Of a DNA stretch of 37,059 nt, positions 1 to 9,589 are shown in pieces. Source of the stretch: Myxococcota bacterium. GTDB taxonomy: Bacteria > Myxococcota_C > UBA6777. The stretch covers positions 1 through 37,059 of the forward strand of contig JAKLKB010000057.1 of the NCBI GenBank assembly GCA_023150835.1, read 5' to 3'. How positions within the stretch are numbered: the first letter of the stretch is position 1; each line of letters opens with the position of its first letter. The translations under genes were made by a program, and so were the position numbers. The notes beneath the pieces are model-generated. The model was not told where the DNA came from, ran no database searches, and saw only the letters and a list, made by a program, of their open reading frames with translations.

Positions 1-1819
1 GATCATGAAACAAGAACTGCGTCAACGCTTTGGCCATTTCTGTCTTTCCTACCCCTGTGGGTCCAAGAAAAAGAAACGATCCGATCGGGCGTTGGCCTCG
101 GAATCCTGCGTAGTTTCGCCGAACGACGGTCGAGATCTCGCGCAGGATGGCGTTGTGCCCAATGACCTTTTGCCCCAAAACCTCTTCCATCCGAAGAAGT
201 CGCTCTCGATCCTCGACCAAAAGATGCTCTTTGGGGATGGCACTCAAGTTTGCGATCACCTCGACAACTTGGGGGCGATCAACGGTCTTGACGCCTTGTC
301 GTTTCGCCCGAGAAGCCGCCATATCCAACACATCCAAAGCTTTTGCAGGGTGACGGCGATCATGCAGATAACGCGAAGAAAGCCGAACAGCCGACTGTAG
401 CGATGCGGTTGTAAAGTGGACTTTGTGATGGATCGAATAGGTGCGCAACAAGCCTTGCAGGATCTGTAAGGTCTCTTCTTCGGAAGGCTCTTCGACCCAG
501 ATCGTGTGAAAGCGCCGAAGCAGCGCGGGATCACGTTCGATATAAGTTTTGTATTCGTGGATCGTCGTTGCACCGATGCAAGGGAACTCGCCACGCGAAA
601 GCACCGACTTGAGGTCATTTGAAGCGTCTTGCGCGCCTTCGCCCACCGCTCCTGCCCGAACGAGCGTGTGGATCTCGTCGATGAAAACGATGATCTGACC
701 GCGTGCTTCGACAACTTCTTCTTTGATGCCTTTGAGTTTTTCAGCCAAAGCGCCACGCATCTGCGTCCCTGCCAACAAGCGACCCATATCCAATTCAACG
801 ATCACTTTGTTCGACATCTCGGGATCTTCATCCGCGATCAGACGACACGCGAGTCCTTGAACGATCGCAGTCTTCCCAACGCCCGGCTCTCCGACCAAAC
901 AAGGGTTATTCGCACGTCGTTTACCCAAGACGTCGATCATCTCGACGATCTCACGGCTTCTGCCGATTAACGGGTCAAATCCACCCGAATAAGCCTGTTC
1001 GGTAATGTTTTTACATGATTGGGTGAGGTGCGGAAAGATATCTTCGGGTAAACGGCCTGCGACGAGATCACGCAAAGCCTCTCGGATCTGAGATCCACGC
1101 GAAACCCCCGACAGAGCGAATGGCAAAGCAGACGAAGAAACATTCGATCCGTTCGAAGAAGTTCGGTGCGAGGCCGGAGGAATCGAAGAACCACTCGGAC
1201 GTGGAGACGAACCCAAAGAAGACAACGTCGGCGGAGTCGTTGTCTGGTTGGGCAGAATGGACGGATTGCTGGGGGGCGTCGAGAGATGAGTCGGAGGGTT
1301 CGGTGGAGCCGAAAGATGCGAAGGCCGGGAAGAAGGGGCGTGGGAAAGAACACTTTGCGGTTCTGTATCTGCGGCCTTTTCTCGCCAGCGACGATTGACG
1401 GCCCCCGAAAGATAAAGGTGAAGTTGATTACGGAGGGGTGCAAGATCCGACAAACAGCCGCGCAACGCAACATGGGCTTGGCTATGCGTACGCACGATCG
1501 CCATCAACAGATGCAGCGTGTCTTCCTCTTCCGATTGAAAGCTTTGTGCAAGATTTCGACTCATCGAAGCCGTCGCCTCTAACGCATTAAAAGGCTCCTC
1601 AAAGCTCCAAGGCAACGCACCAAGCACACGCTCTTCCGTGATCTCTCTCTCTTTTAAGAGAACTTCGGCTTTGTTGGGTTGAAGAAACATCGCCAACAAC
1701 AAGTGAAGCGTTTGTAGATCTTGTTGGGAGTGTTCTGCGAGGCCACACGCGTTGTCGTAAAGAGCAAGCAACTCTGCACTACGAGGGACGGTTGTCTGCG
1801 AAGATTCCAAACTCACCAT
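1..1819 (-). CDS. Clp/Hsp100 class I ATPase (ClpA/ClpC-like), 3' end outside the window
   Basis: Translated by hand; absent from the ORF track because it runs off the edge. ATG at 1819 follows GAGGAG. Clp N-domain-like start (LHLLLAMF), S/P-rich linker, NBD1 NNPCLVGEPGVGKT (~860-910), IVFIDEIH, RYLHDRRHPAKALDVLD, then NBD2 GSFLFLGPTGVGKTE (~40-80). The short D1-D2 junction has no ClpB coiled coil. Confidence 0.9.
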   Translation of the reverse strand, partial: MVSLESSQTTVPRSAELLALYDNACGLAEHSQQDLQTLHLLLAMFLQPNKAEVLLKEREITEERVLGALPWSFEEPFNALEATASMSRNLAQSFQSEEEDTLHLLMAIVRTHSQAHVALRGCLSDLAPLRNQLHLYLSGAVNRRWREKAADTEPQSVLSHAPSSRPSHLSAPPNPPTHLSTPPSNPSILPNQTTTPPTLSSLGSSPRPSGSSIPPASHRTSSNGSNVSSSALPFALSGVSRGSQIREALRDLVAGRLPEDIFPHLTQSCKNITEQAYSGGFDPLIGRSREIVEMIDVLGKRRANNPCLVGEPGVGKTAIVQGLACRLIADEDPEMSNKVIVELDMGRLLAGTQMRGALAEKLKGIKEEVVEARGQIIVFIDEIHTLVRAGAVGEGAQDASNDLKSVLSRGEFPCIGATTIHEYKTYIERDPALLRRFHTIWVEEPSEEETLQILQGLLRTYSIHHKVHFTTASLQSAVRLSSRYLHDRRHPAKALDVLDMAASRAKRQGVKTVDRPQVVEVIANLSAIPKEHLLVEDRERLLRMEEVLGQKVIGHNAILREISTVVRRNYAGFRGQRPIGSFLFLGPTGVGKTEMAKALTQFLFHD

Positions 1820-2112
1820 CGTTCTCTCCTCTTGGCACTTCCGATCGGGTGCTGCACATGGGATGATCAATCAAAGATGTTTCATACGGCAAACCCAACC
1901 CCACCGCTTTGGGTGTGGGTTGTCTCCGCAACGCCTTCGGCACACAAAGAGGCCCGCCCCCTCGAAGACTCCGTGTTTGCAAGCACAAGGCGTAAGATGC
2001 AGAGAATAACAAGGCGTAGCACGCTCGCCTCACGAACGCAAGATTTGAACAAAAACTTTGCAAATTGCCCAAACCACGACTGTTTTTCTCCGTCTTTGCG
2101 TCCTTTCTGCGA

Positions 2113-2141
2113 TTGACAATCGAAGAGGTCTTTGCTAGATG
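2113..2141 (+). promoter_or_regulatory. Putative sigma70-type promoter
   Basis: TTGACA, 17-nt spacer ending in TGc (extended -10), then TAGATG, ~75 nt upstream of the 2217 ATG. The -10 match is weak. Confidence 0.4.
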
Positions 2142-2216
2142 TTTAGCCCTTTTTGCACAGATGACGTCAAAAAGCAGCGAACGATGAGGCTTTCCACATT
2201 TTTTGGAGACTTTTGA

Positions 2217-5200
2217 ATGAGCGCTTCGGAAGCACAGATCAACCGTTGGGAGCAGCGACTTCTCTCCTGTGGTTTTGCGAAACTCACCCCATGGCAACGC
2301 GATATCATGCAACAATGGCTTCAAGAGGCCTCTTGGATCGCCTTCTTTCCGGTGGGGGGTGGCGTCGGCTTTTCTTATCTCCTCCCCGCGCTCGAAGCCC
2401 CCACAGGGGTCACGCTGGTGATCTGTGGAGATGCACAACGGCGCACACGCCGAGAGCAACAAGCCCAAGCACTCGGAGGTCAAGTCCTTCTCCCACAAGC
2501 CGATCACGAGCTTCCCCCCGCTCACTCCGGGGTTGTCTTGATGACCACAAAAGAAGCCGAACAACGGGCAGATCAGCTACCTGCTTGGGTGACTGGCCGC
2601 GTTCGTCGCGTCGTCTTCGATGGTTGCGGCGCTTCTGCTCAAGCGCCGTCGTGGTGGCCCGCTGTTCAAGGACTTCCCTTTGGCTTCTACCCAACCGAGC
2701 ACAAGGCAGAAGCGTGGTGGGCGAACCTCCTCGATATCCCACACGAAACGCTTCATTACAACCACGAAGCCTTTGAGATCTCGTGGGATCTTGGTGAAGG
2801 ATCGGTTGTTCAAAAACTGGGACACGCCCTTGAAGCAGGCGCTCGCGTGCTTTGGATGTTTGGCGGGCAACTCTTTCGCCACGCGCTTGAGCAAACCACA
2901 GGGATCCACATCCAAGAAACTCCCCGATATCCCGCATATTCCGATCCATCCGAACCATCAGACGCCAATCACCGCGAACCATCGACCACTCCATACGGGG
3001 ACGAAGCGGTCAGCACGCAGCAGAACTCCGACACTTCGCAAGTTTCCAGCACGCCGAAAACCTCCAGCCAGTCGGGGCAAGCGACTGTGTATCTTTTCCC
3101 ACCAGATCCGACCTCTTTGCGTCACGCACCTTCTCCACAGCGCATCTTCGTTGGGTGCCTTCCAAGCAGACTACGAGACCTCGGAAGTCTTGCCAACCTT
3201 CAGCCCGAACAGATATCCATCCTGCTACCACAAGAAACGCCCAACCATCACACCCCCGAGCAAGACGATCTGCTCCGCTACCTCGAAGAAAAAGCGCAGG
3301 CCCATCCAGATAAACCACTGTATCTCAACAGCCACGAGATCATGCAAGCCTTGAAGCTACCGCTCTCTCCGCAGATATCTTACGAACGCAGCTTAAACAC
3401 ACTCGAAGATCTGCTCAACCAACTTCAAACGAAAGGCAGCCTCGGTTCGTGGTTTCCTGTGTTTTTCCAAGCCAAGATCCTTAATGCGCGGGGCTTTCAA
3501 CCTGCACAAATGGGGCAACACCCAGATCTGCTGGCTTTCCACGAAGCCATCGCACAGATGCAAAAGCAACTCAGCCCGCTTGAATCGCTCAACGCATCCT
3601 TTTTGAGCGGACGTGCGCTCGATCTTCGCTTCATTGCCAAGCGAACGCCTTACACCGTCCGAGAACTCAACGCGATCTTCCAAAAGCTTCACGAACAGGG
3701 CTTCGTCGTCAACCAGCTCGAACACCTCCCCGGTCCGCAACACTCGCTCGAACACGAATACCAGATCCAACTCGGCGAGATCACTCGACCCAGTCTGGCA
3801 GTCCAACTCTGGTCACGCACCAAAGAGGCTCGTCTTCCTCTGCTGCTGAGCAGCTTTTCTCGACAACCTCTACCCGAAGACACCGCCCTTCAAGCCGTCT
3901 GGAACCTCGATCCACAACAAAACGATTTTTGGGAAAAAGCCCTTTTCTTGCTCGATAACGCGAAAAAGGAACAACGCCTTTTTGTACTTGGTGGTCGGAT
4001 CTTACAAAAGCTGGATCGCGCTCCAAACGATGCTGGACTTGCCCTATGGATGGGGCTGATCGCCACACTTCAACTTCCCCCGCTTGAGGATGCGAGCCTT
4101 TATCGCCGCCTTCTTCCACCTCCTCGCCAAGCTCCGATCGGCCTCTTCGCCTTATGCAAGCACCTCCTGTCCCAAGCTCCCATGCCTCCGCGATCTTGGA
4201 TCGATTACGTACTTGCCCTTCCTTCCGCCGAAGACGACGAAGAGATGTCCCACCTGTTTGTTCGACACAACGCTCAACGCGCCCTCGGTATCTCTCGATT
4301 ACACGGTCGCTTTCGATGGTTATTGCAACGTTATCACCAAAGCATGACGCAGCTCACGCGCTCCTTTCTTTCTCAAGATCCCCTTCCATCCGAAGAAGCC
4401 AACGATCAATTGTCGAAGGAAACCGAAGAATCCGACATCGACGAACAACCCCTTGTACCCGCACAGACCGAAGAACCAACCCACGATCCAGATCCCCCCT
4501 CGCCGATCTTGGTCCCACAACTCCGCAGCATGGACGTGCAACGCCTCGCAACAAGCTTTCCAATCGAAACGCTCGCAGCATGGGGATGGACGCTTCATCT
4601 GCTTGGTGAAAGTGAAGCCGGCCTGCCGCTCTTGCGTTTCGCCCAACAGCAAGAAGAACGCTACAAACAGCGTTACGCAAAGCTTGCGCTCCTAGTCCCC
4701 AAACAACTCTACCGCGAAAAAAGCGGCTGGCTGCGATGGCTGATCGAAGAAAGCGAAGATCGCCAAGACGAAAAACTCCGAAAGCGCATCATGAAACTAC
4801 TCATTGACCGCAAAGAAGGCACAACAAGCGACCTTCAACAAGTCGCGCTATGGGCCGAACAAGAAGGCGATCACAAGCGCGCAGCACGACTACACAAACA
4901 ACTCATCGAACTACGCCCCGAAGCACCCGAACATCCCGCAGCGCTTGCACGCCTTTCGCTGCAACACAACAGACTGCAAGACGCCCTTCAATACGCCATC
5001 CAAGCGAATCGTCTGAATCCACGGCACTATCCGCTCGACGTCTTTCTTGACAAAGCCCAAGAAGCCTTGTTTGCGGATCTTGACGAACTTCGGCGCCTTC
5101 TCGTCGATCTCCCCGCACATCCCGCACTTTCCAAGATCGAAAGCGAACTCTCACAACGCGAGCAACTGGCCCATCAACTCGCGCCGTTGCGCAAACAAGC

Positions 5201-5948
5201 CGAAGAAGATCTCAAGCAACAACGTCTCGCTCAGGCCCGAGAGAAAGCACGCGAAGTCCTTGCACAACACGCCCACCTCGCTCCGATCCGCTTTCTCCAG
5301 ATCCGACGCGAAGTTGATCAAGAAGAAAGCAAGCTCCAAAAAGCTCTTCAGGATCTGGATCGACGTGGTCGCGGTCCAAAAGACCCACGCGACCGAAACA
5401 AACAACTCGAAGCCCTCGCCGATCAAGCCGCACAACTCGGCTTTGTGCAACTCGCCACCGAAGGATACGAACACCTGACGCAGCGAAACGAAGGGTACGG
5501 TCTCGCATGGTTCAAACTCGCACGCACCACTCCGCACTCCGAACAACGCGATCGCGCCTACGCGAAGGCGATCTCGCTTGCACGCGGCCCCGAACAACGA
5601 CAGCGCAACCTCGAAGAATGGGCGCAGATCCTCGATCGAGAAGGCAAGCTCGATCTGCTCCTTCCCACGCTGCTTTCCATCCTCGAAGAACACAACGAAG
5701 AAGCCCAACAACTCGAACCGATCCTGCTTCAACTGATCGGGAAATACGGCGTCAAATCGGACGTTGCACAAAAACTCGAAGGCTTTCTCAAGCACCACCG
5801 CAGCGATCTCGATCTCAAACGCGCCGAACAAGCGCTTAATGAGATCGAGCATCTCGATCCTTGGAAGCGCCAGCTTCTTTCCATGCAAGCCGAGATCGCG
5901 CAAAAAAACAACGCTCGAACCACCCGCCGCCCACCTTCACGCCGTTGA
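2217..5948 (+). CDS. Large protein: degenerate RecQ/SF2 helicase-like N-terminus, putative winged-helix segments, C-terminal TPR/helical region
   Basis: 1243 aa. GFAKLTPWQ...FFPVGGGVGFSYLLPAL...VTLVIC...RVVFDGC parallels RecQ motifs Q/I/Ia/II but lacks the catalytic K and DExH. TPR-like segment AARLHKQLIELRPEAPEHPAALARLSLQHNRLQDALQYAIQANRLNP. Confidence 0.75.
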   Translation: MSASEAQINRWEQRLLSCGFAKLTPWQRDIMQQWLQEASWIAFFPVGGGVGFSYLLPALEAPTGVTLVICGDAQRRTRREQQAQALGGQVLLPQADHELPPAHSGVVLMTTKEAEQRADQLPAWVTGRVRRVVFDGCGASAQAPSWWPAVQGLPFGFYPTEHKAEAWWANLLDIPHETLHYNHEAFEISWDLGEGSVVQKLGHALEAGARVLWMFGGQLFRHALEQTTGIHIQETPRYPAYSDPSEPSDANHREPSTTPYGDEAVSTQQNSDTSQVSSTPKTSSQSGQATVYLFPPDPTSLRHAPSPQRIFVGCLPSRLRDLGSLANLQPEQISILLPQETPNHHTPEQDDLLRYLEEKAQAHPDKPLYLNSHEIMQALKLPLSPQISYERSLNTLEDLLNQLQTKGSLGSWFPVFFQAKILNARGFQPAQMGQHPDLLAFHEAIAQMQKQLSPLESLNASFLSGRALDLRFIAKRTPYTVRELNAIFQKLHEQGFVVNQLEHLPGPQHSLEHEYQIQLGEITRPSLAVQLWSRTKEARLPLLLSSFSRQPLPEDTALQAVWNLDPQQNDFWEKALFLLDNAKKEQRLFVLGGRILQKLDRAPNDAGLALWMGLIATLQLPPLEDASLYRRLLPPPRQAPIGLFALCKHLLSQAPMPPRSWIDYVLALPSAEDDEEMSHLFVRHNAQRALGISRLHGRFRWLLQRYHQSMTQLTRSFLSQDPLPSEEANDQLSKETEESDIDEQPLVPAQTEEPTHDPDPPSPILVPQLRSMDVQRLATSFPIETLAAWGWTLHLLGESEAGLPLLRFAQQQEERYKQRYAKLALLVPKQLYREKSGWLRWLIEESEDRQDEKLRKRIMKLLIDRKEGTTSDLQQVALWAEQEGDHKRAARLHKQLIELRPEAPEHPAALARLSLQHNRLQDALQYAIQANRLNPRHYPLDVFLDKAQEALFADLDELRRLLVDLPAHPALSKIESELSQREQLAHQLAPLRKQAEEDLKQQRLAQAREKAREVLAQHAHLAPIRFLQIRREVDQEESKLQKALQDLDRRGRGPKDPRDRNKQLEALADQAAQLGFVQLATEGYEHLTQRNEGYGLAWFKLARTTPHSEQRDRAYAKAISLARGPEQRQRNLEEWAQILDREGKLDLLLPTLLSILEEHNEEAQQLEPILLQLIGKYGVKSDVAQKLEGFLKHHRSDLDLKRAEQALNEIEHLDPWKRQLLSMQAEIAQKNNARTTRRPPSRR

Positions 5949-5982
5949 TATCGCATCAAAATCGCGCCGTTGATATCGCATC
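5940..5982. repeat. Tandem duplication (25-bp period) spanning a stop codon
   Basis: CGCCGTTGATATCGCATC at 5940 and 5965. The first copy contains the TGA (5946-5948) of the 1243-aa gene. Confidence 0.85.
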
Positions 5983-6067
5983 GAAGTGACGCGGTGGAAT
6001 GGTTTTGGGACACGAACACGGCTTTATTTTGGCAACAAGTCGCTCCTATAACGTAGAAGGATCTCGC

Positions 6068-7066
6068 ATGGCTCGAATCTTTGTCACCCATCCGCTTCCC
6101 GGTACGGCCTTCTTGCGCCTGAGCGAAGAACACCAAGTGACGGTCTTTTCAGCGGATCGCTCTCCCACAAAAGCAGAGATCATCGATCATCTCCAAACAG
6201 CCGAAGTTTTGGTATCGTTGATCACAGACGAGATCACCTCCGAAGTGATCGATGCCGCCCCCCACCTCCGAATCATCGCCAACTACGCCGTTGGATACAA
6301 CAATATCCATGTGGACTGGGCCACACGGCACAAGATCCCCGTCCTGCATACACCGCACGTCCTGACCGATGCTTCGGCAGATCTGGCCTTTGCTTTGATG
6401 CTTGCTGTGGCTCGTCGCATCGTCGAATCGGATCAATGGCTGCGCTCGGGTGCATGGGCGGGTTGGAAGCCTCAACAGATGCTTGGAACCCATGTCACGG
6501 GAAAAACCCTTGGGATCGTAGGGATGGGACGCATCGGGATCGCGCTTGCACGACGCGCACGCGGCTTTGAGATGCCGATCCTTTACACCAACCCAGAACG
6601 CCTCGCACCCGGCCTCGAACGCGAACTTGGAGCCCGTCACACCGATCTCGACGAACTCTTGGCTCAAAGCGACTTTGTCTCGCTACATTGCCCGCTTACG
6701 CCCCACACTCGCCACCTGATCAACGCGCAGCGCCTCCAACAAATGAAGCAGGGCGCGATCCTGATCAACACCGCACGCGGCCCGATTATCGACGAAGTCG
6801 CCCTTGTCGCCGCCCTTCAAACAGGCCCGCTCCAAGGGGCCGGTTTAGATGTTTTCGAACAAGAACCCGATGTCCACCCCGATCTACTGGCTTCTGCGCG
6901 TGTCGTTGTAACACCACACACAGGCAGCGCGACAACAGAAACACGCGCCGAGATGACCGCCCTACTCGTCGACGGTATCCATGCGATCCTCCAAGGCCGC
7001 ATCCCCCACAACGTCGTCAACCCCGAAGTTCTGCGCACACAGCAAGAACCCGATCAAGACGATTGA
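6068..7066 (+). CDS. D-isomer-specific 2-hydroxyacid dehydrogenase (glyoxylate reductase / D-glycerate dehydrogenase-like)
   Basis: AVGYNNI, GIVGMGRIG NAD-binding motif, LINTARG, GLDVFEQEP, TPHTGS. ATG 6068 follows AAGGA. Confidence 0.93.
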   Translation: MARIFVTHPLPGTAFLRLSEEHQVTVFSADRSPTKAEIIDHLQTAEVLVSLITDEITSEVIDAAPHLRIIANYAVGYNNIHVDWATRHKIPVLHTPHVLTDASADLAFALMLAVARRIVESDQWLRSGAWAGWKPQQMLGTHVTGKTLGIVGMGRIGIALARRARGFEMPILYTNPERLAPGLERELGARHTDLDELLAQSDFVSLHCPLTPHTRHLINAQRLQQMKQGAILINTARGPIIDEVALVAALQTGPLQGAGLDVFEQEPDVHPDLLASARVVVTPHTGSATTETRAEMTALLVDGIHAILQGRIPHNVVNPEVLRTQQEPDQDD

Positions 7067-7078
7067 TCACGTCCGACC

Positions 7079-8359
7079 TCAAGAACATCCCCGACCAAAC
7101 AGCAGCCACGCCAACAATCCCACCAAAAGCCCCCAAAACCACACCCACACCACGTCCACCGACGAACTCGTCCGCCTTTCCAAGATATCTTGGCGCGCAA
7201 CAGGGATCACTTTGCGCTCTGTTGGAAAAGCCCCTGCCACCGCCAAAAGCGCAGGATCTTCTAGGATCTCTAAGATCTCGGATAACTTTGGGCGATGCTT
7301 GGGTTCGGGGTCGATACCAGCGCGGATCACGTCATGCAAAGGCGGATGGGGGATCTCCAAAGCATCCCAATCTCGCTCGATCTTGTGGATATCAAGATGC
7401 GTCGGTTCGGTGCGACCATCTCCAAAAGGATAGCGTTCGGACAACAGTCGATGCACCATCACACAAAAGGCGTAGACATCGGCTTTTTCGCCTTCTTTGT
7501 GGCTACTCGGTCGCCGAGACTCATCGAACTGTTCGGGTGCGTAATACGGGGCACTTCCCACCGAAAGCGTTAAGATCCCGTCGATCATCGAAAAGTCATA
7601 GTCGATCAGAGTCATCTTGGGAGGTGATGACCAGCCCCCATGTTCCTCAGGAAACAACAGGATCTGATCAGGTTTGAGATCCATGTGCGCGATCTCGTGC
7701 CGATGCAACAGCAACAAGACGCGTGCGATCTCTTGAAGCAGCAGGATACGTGGAGCGCGATCGGTGTGTTGCTTCATCCAGTCCCACAACGAAACACACC
7801 GAAGATACGGCTTGATCTGGACATACGTGTCGTCTTCCAACAAGAAGTGATCGAAGATCTCCTCGACACGGGGATCTTGAATCTTTCGCAAACGCTGGAT
7901 CATCCGCTCTTGATGCGCAAACATCTCTTGTGGAGAAAGTGCTTCGCGCAAAGGCCGATAACGCTTGACAAGACAAATCGACCGATCAGGCAAACGACCC
8001 ACAGACGTCGAAGAGGACAAACTGCCATGCCGCAGGTGCTTTAAGATCTGCACGTGACCGAACTTTTGGTTTGCGCCTGACTTGTTTTTCCACGTCCGAT
8101 ACCACGCAGCGCGATGATGCGCAGGCGGATGCGCCAAATGCACGCAGGCTCGCTCCGCCTCCAACGCCAACGCAGCGTAAAGATCGGGATCTTCTTGTTC
8201 CAGCCGAGTGATCCGCTCCGCGAAACCTTGCTGATGCCGCAGTATCCGAACAAGCCGTTCATCCGATGGCCGAACACCCTTGGCCTCTTTTAACATCTGC
8301 TCGAACGCCGCAAGGCTCGGCGCTCCCTTGCTCGGCGTTGACAACGCGACTTTTTTCAC
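7079..8359 (-). CDS. Atypical Hanks-type Ser/Thr kinase (possible pseudokinase) with C-terminal TM helix
   Basis: CLVKRY, HMDLKPDQILL, IDYDFS, YYAPEQ, ADVYAF, RPKLSEIL; hydrophobic C-terminus. Confidence 0.8.
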   Translation of the reverse strand: MKKVALSTPSKGAPSLAAFEQMLKEAKGVRPSDERLVRILRHQQGFAERITRLEQEDPDLYAALALEAERACVHLAHPPAHHRAAWYRTWKNKSGANQKFGHVQILKHLRHGSLSSSTSVGRLPDRSICLVKRYRPLREALSPQEMFAHQERMIQRLRKIQDPRVEEIFDHFLLEDDTYVQIKPYLRCVSLWDWMKQHTDRAPRILLLQEIARVLLLLHRHEIAHMDLKPDQILLFPEEHGGWSSPPKMTLIDYDFSMIDGILTLSVGSAPYYAPEQFDESRRPSSHKEGEKADVYAFCVMVHRLLSERYPFGDGRTEPTHLDIHKIERDWDALEIPHPPLHDVIRAGIDPEPKHRPKLSEILEILEDPALLAVAGAFPTERKVIPVARQDILERRTSSSVDVVWVWFWGLLVGLLAWLLFGRGCS

Positions 8360-8382
8360 GCACGCCCCCTTTCAAAAGGCCG

Positions 8383-9153
8383 TCACTTCGCAGCCATCCG
8401 CAACGCACCGTCCAAGCGGATCACTTCGCCGTTCAACATCGGGTTTTCAACGATATGACACACCAACTGCGCGTACTCCGCAGGATCACCAAGGCGCGAG
8501 GGGAATGGGACTTGTTGCGCCAAAGATGCTTGCGCTTTCTCTGGTAAGCCCGCCATCATCGGGGTCATAAAGATCCCGGGCGCGATCGTCATCACACGCA
8601 CGCCATAACGCGAAAACTCCCGAGCCAAGGGCAATGTCATCGCCGCAACGGCACCCTTCGAACCGCTGTACGCAGCTTGACCGATCTGACCATCAAAGGC
8701 CGCAACAGACGCGGTATTCACGATCACACCGCGCTCTCCACCCGCATTCGGCTCTTGTTTTGCCATGCACACCACAGCCTGCTGCAACACATTGAACGTT
8801 CCCACCACGTTGATCTCCAAGACCTTGCGAAAAGCCGACAGCGGTGTCGCCACACCCTCCCGATCCAAAACCCGCGAAGGCGTCGCCACACCCGCACAAT
8901 TCACCAAGACATACACCCCCCCTGCCCACGCCGTATGCGCCTCCATCGCCTGTTTAACTTCCGCCTCCGAGGTGACGTCCACCCGCGCAAAGCGCGCTGC
9001 ATCACCCAAAGCAGCCGCCACTTCCGCGCCTCTCTCTTGCGCCAAATCAAACAACGTCACCTTCGCGCCTTTTGCCACCAACATCCGCGCCGTGGCTTCT
9101 CCCAACCCCGATGCACCGCCCGTAACCACCGCACCCAATCCCTGCCATTCCAT
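8383..9153 (-). CDS. Short-chain dehydrogenase, HSD10 / 3-hydroxyacyl-CoA dehydrogenase type II-like
   Basis: [52 protein letters not shown] 9153 follows AAGGAG. Confidence 0.93.
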   Translation of the reverse strand: MEWQGLGAVVTGGASGLGEATARMLVAKGAKVTLFDLAQERGAEVAAALGDAARFARVDVTSEAEVKQAMEAHTAWAGGVYVLVNCAGVATPSRVLDREGVATPLSAFRKVLEINVVGTFNVLQQAVVCMAKQEPNAGGERGVIVNTASVAAFDGQIGQAAYSGSKGAVAAMTLPLAREFSRYGVRVMTIAPGIFMTPMMAGLPEKAQASLAQQVPFPSRLGDPAEYAQLVCHIVENPMLNGEVIRLDGALRMAAK

Positions 9154-9209
9154 CTGCTTTTTCTCCTTGTTTTTCTCTTCTTTGAGCAGGAGCGACTTAC
9201 TCGATAGGC

Positions 9210-9338
9210 TTTGTGGGGTTGGAACCCCACGCCCCGCCATAGAGCTTTGCCCCCTTGACCCCGCGTCGGCAAAGTGATCAGACGTTTTTCAAACCAACCA
9301 CTCTATCGCTTGAAGTGCCGCGAACACAGGGATTTTTG
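9210..9338 (-). repeat. Dispersed ~125-nt structured element (family B), copy 1
   Basis: Aligns by eye with 21378-21501 and 34038-34161 (shared GTTCGCG, CAAGCG, TGAAAAACG, CGGGGTCAAGGGG, TGGGG...CCCCACAA). Confidence 0.85.
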
Positions 9339-9372
9339 GCAAACAGCATCGCTCATGCTTGGAAATAACACA

Positions 9373-9414
9373 CCAAAACAACAAAAGCCCTTGGTGCATC
9401 CAACACCAAGAGCC
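9373..9414 (-). terminator. Putative intrinsic terminator of the surface-protein genes
   Basis: Minus strand GCTCTTGGTG-ttggatg-CACCAAGGGC followed by TTTTGTTGTTTT, ~130 nt after the 9546 stop. Confidence 0.65.
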
Positions 9415-9482
9415 TTCGTTTTGTACATCTGACCGCCTCTTACCGCAAGAGCAAAGACAAGGAAGCTCTCTCAGATCGGCGG

Positions 9483-9589
9483 GTTTCTTTCAAGGACAGG
9501 AATCATCTAGGAACTGCTCCACAGAACCTTTGTCATCCGTTTCGTTTAAGGGCAAGAATAGTACGGGAACTGACCCACAGAACCTTTGT
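9483..9589 (-). repeat. Diverged tandem copy (56-bp period) of the lipoprotein gene 3' end
   Basis: 9483-9533 vs 9539-9589, 40/51 identical by hand. KGSVGQFPYYSCP* (gene) vs KGSVEQFLDDSCP* (copy). Confidence 0.85.

Noticed and set aside
1832-1855. CIRCE/HrcA operator upstream of the clp gene (TTGGCACTT-ccgatc-GGGTGCTGC)
   Set aside because: The spacer is 6 nt rather than 9 and the half-sites have several mismatches.
1779-2564. 261-aa - strand ORF and 1721-2116 + strand ORF
   Set aside because: Both overlap the starts of better-supported divergent genes and lack recognisable features.
9483-9589. Diversity-generating retroelement TR/VR pair (also 36019-36148)
   Set aside because: Mismatches are not restricted to adenines, the repeats are short and directly tandem, and no reverse transcriptase is present.
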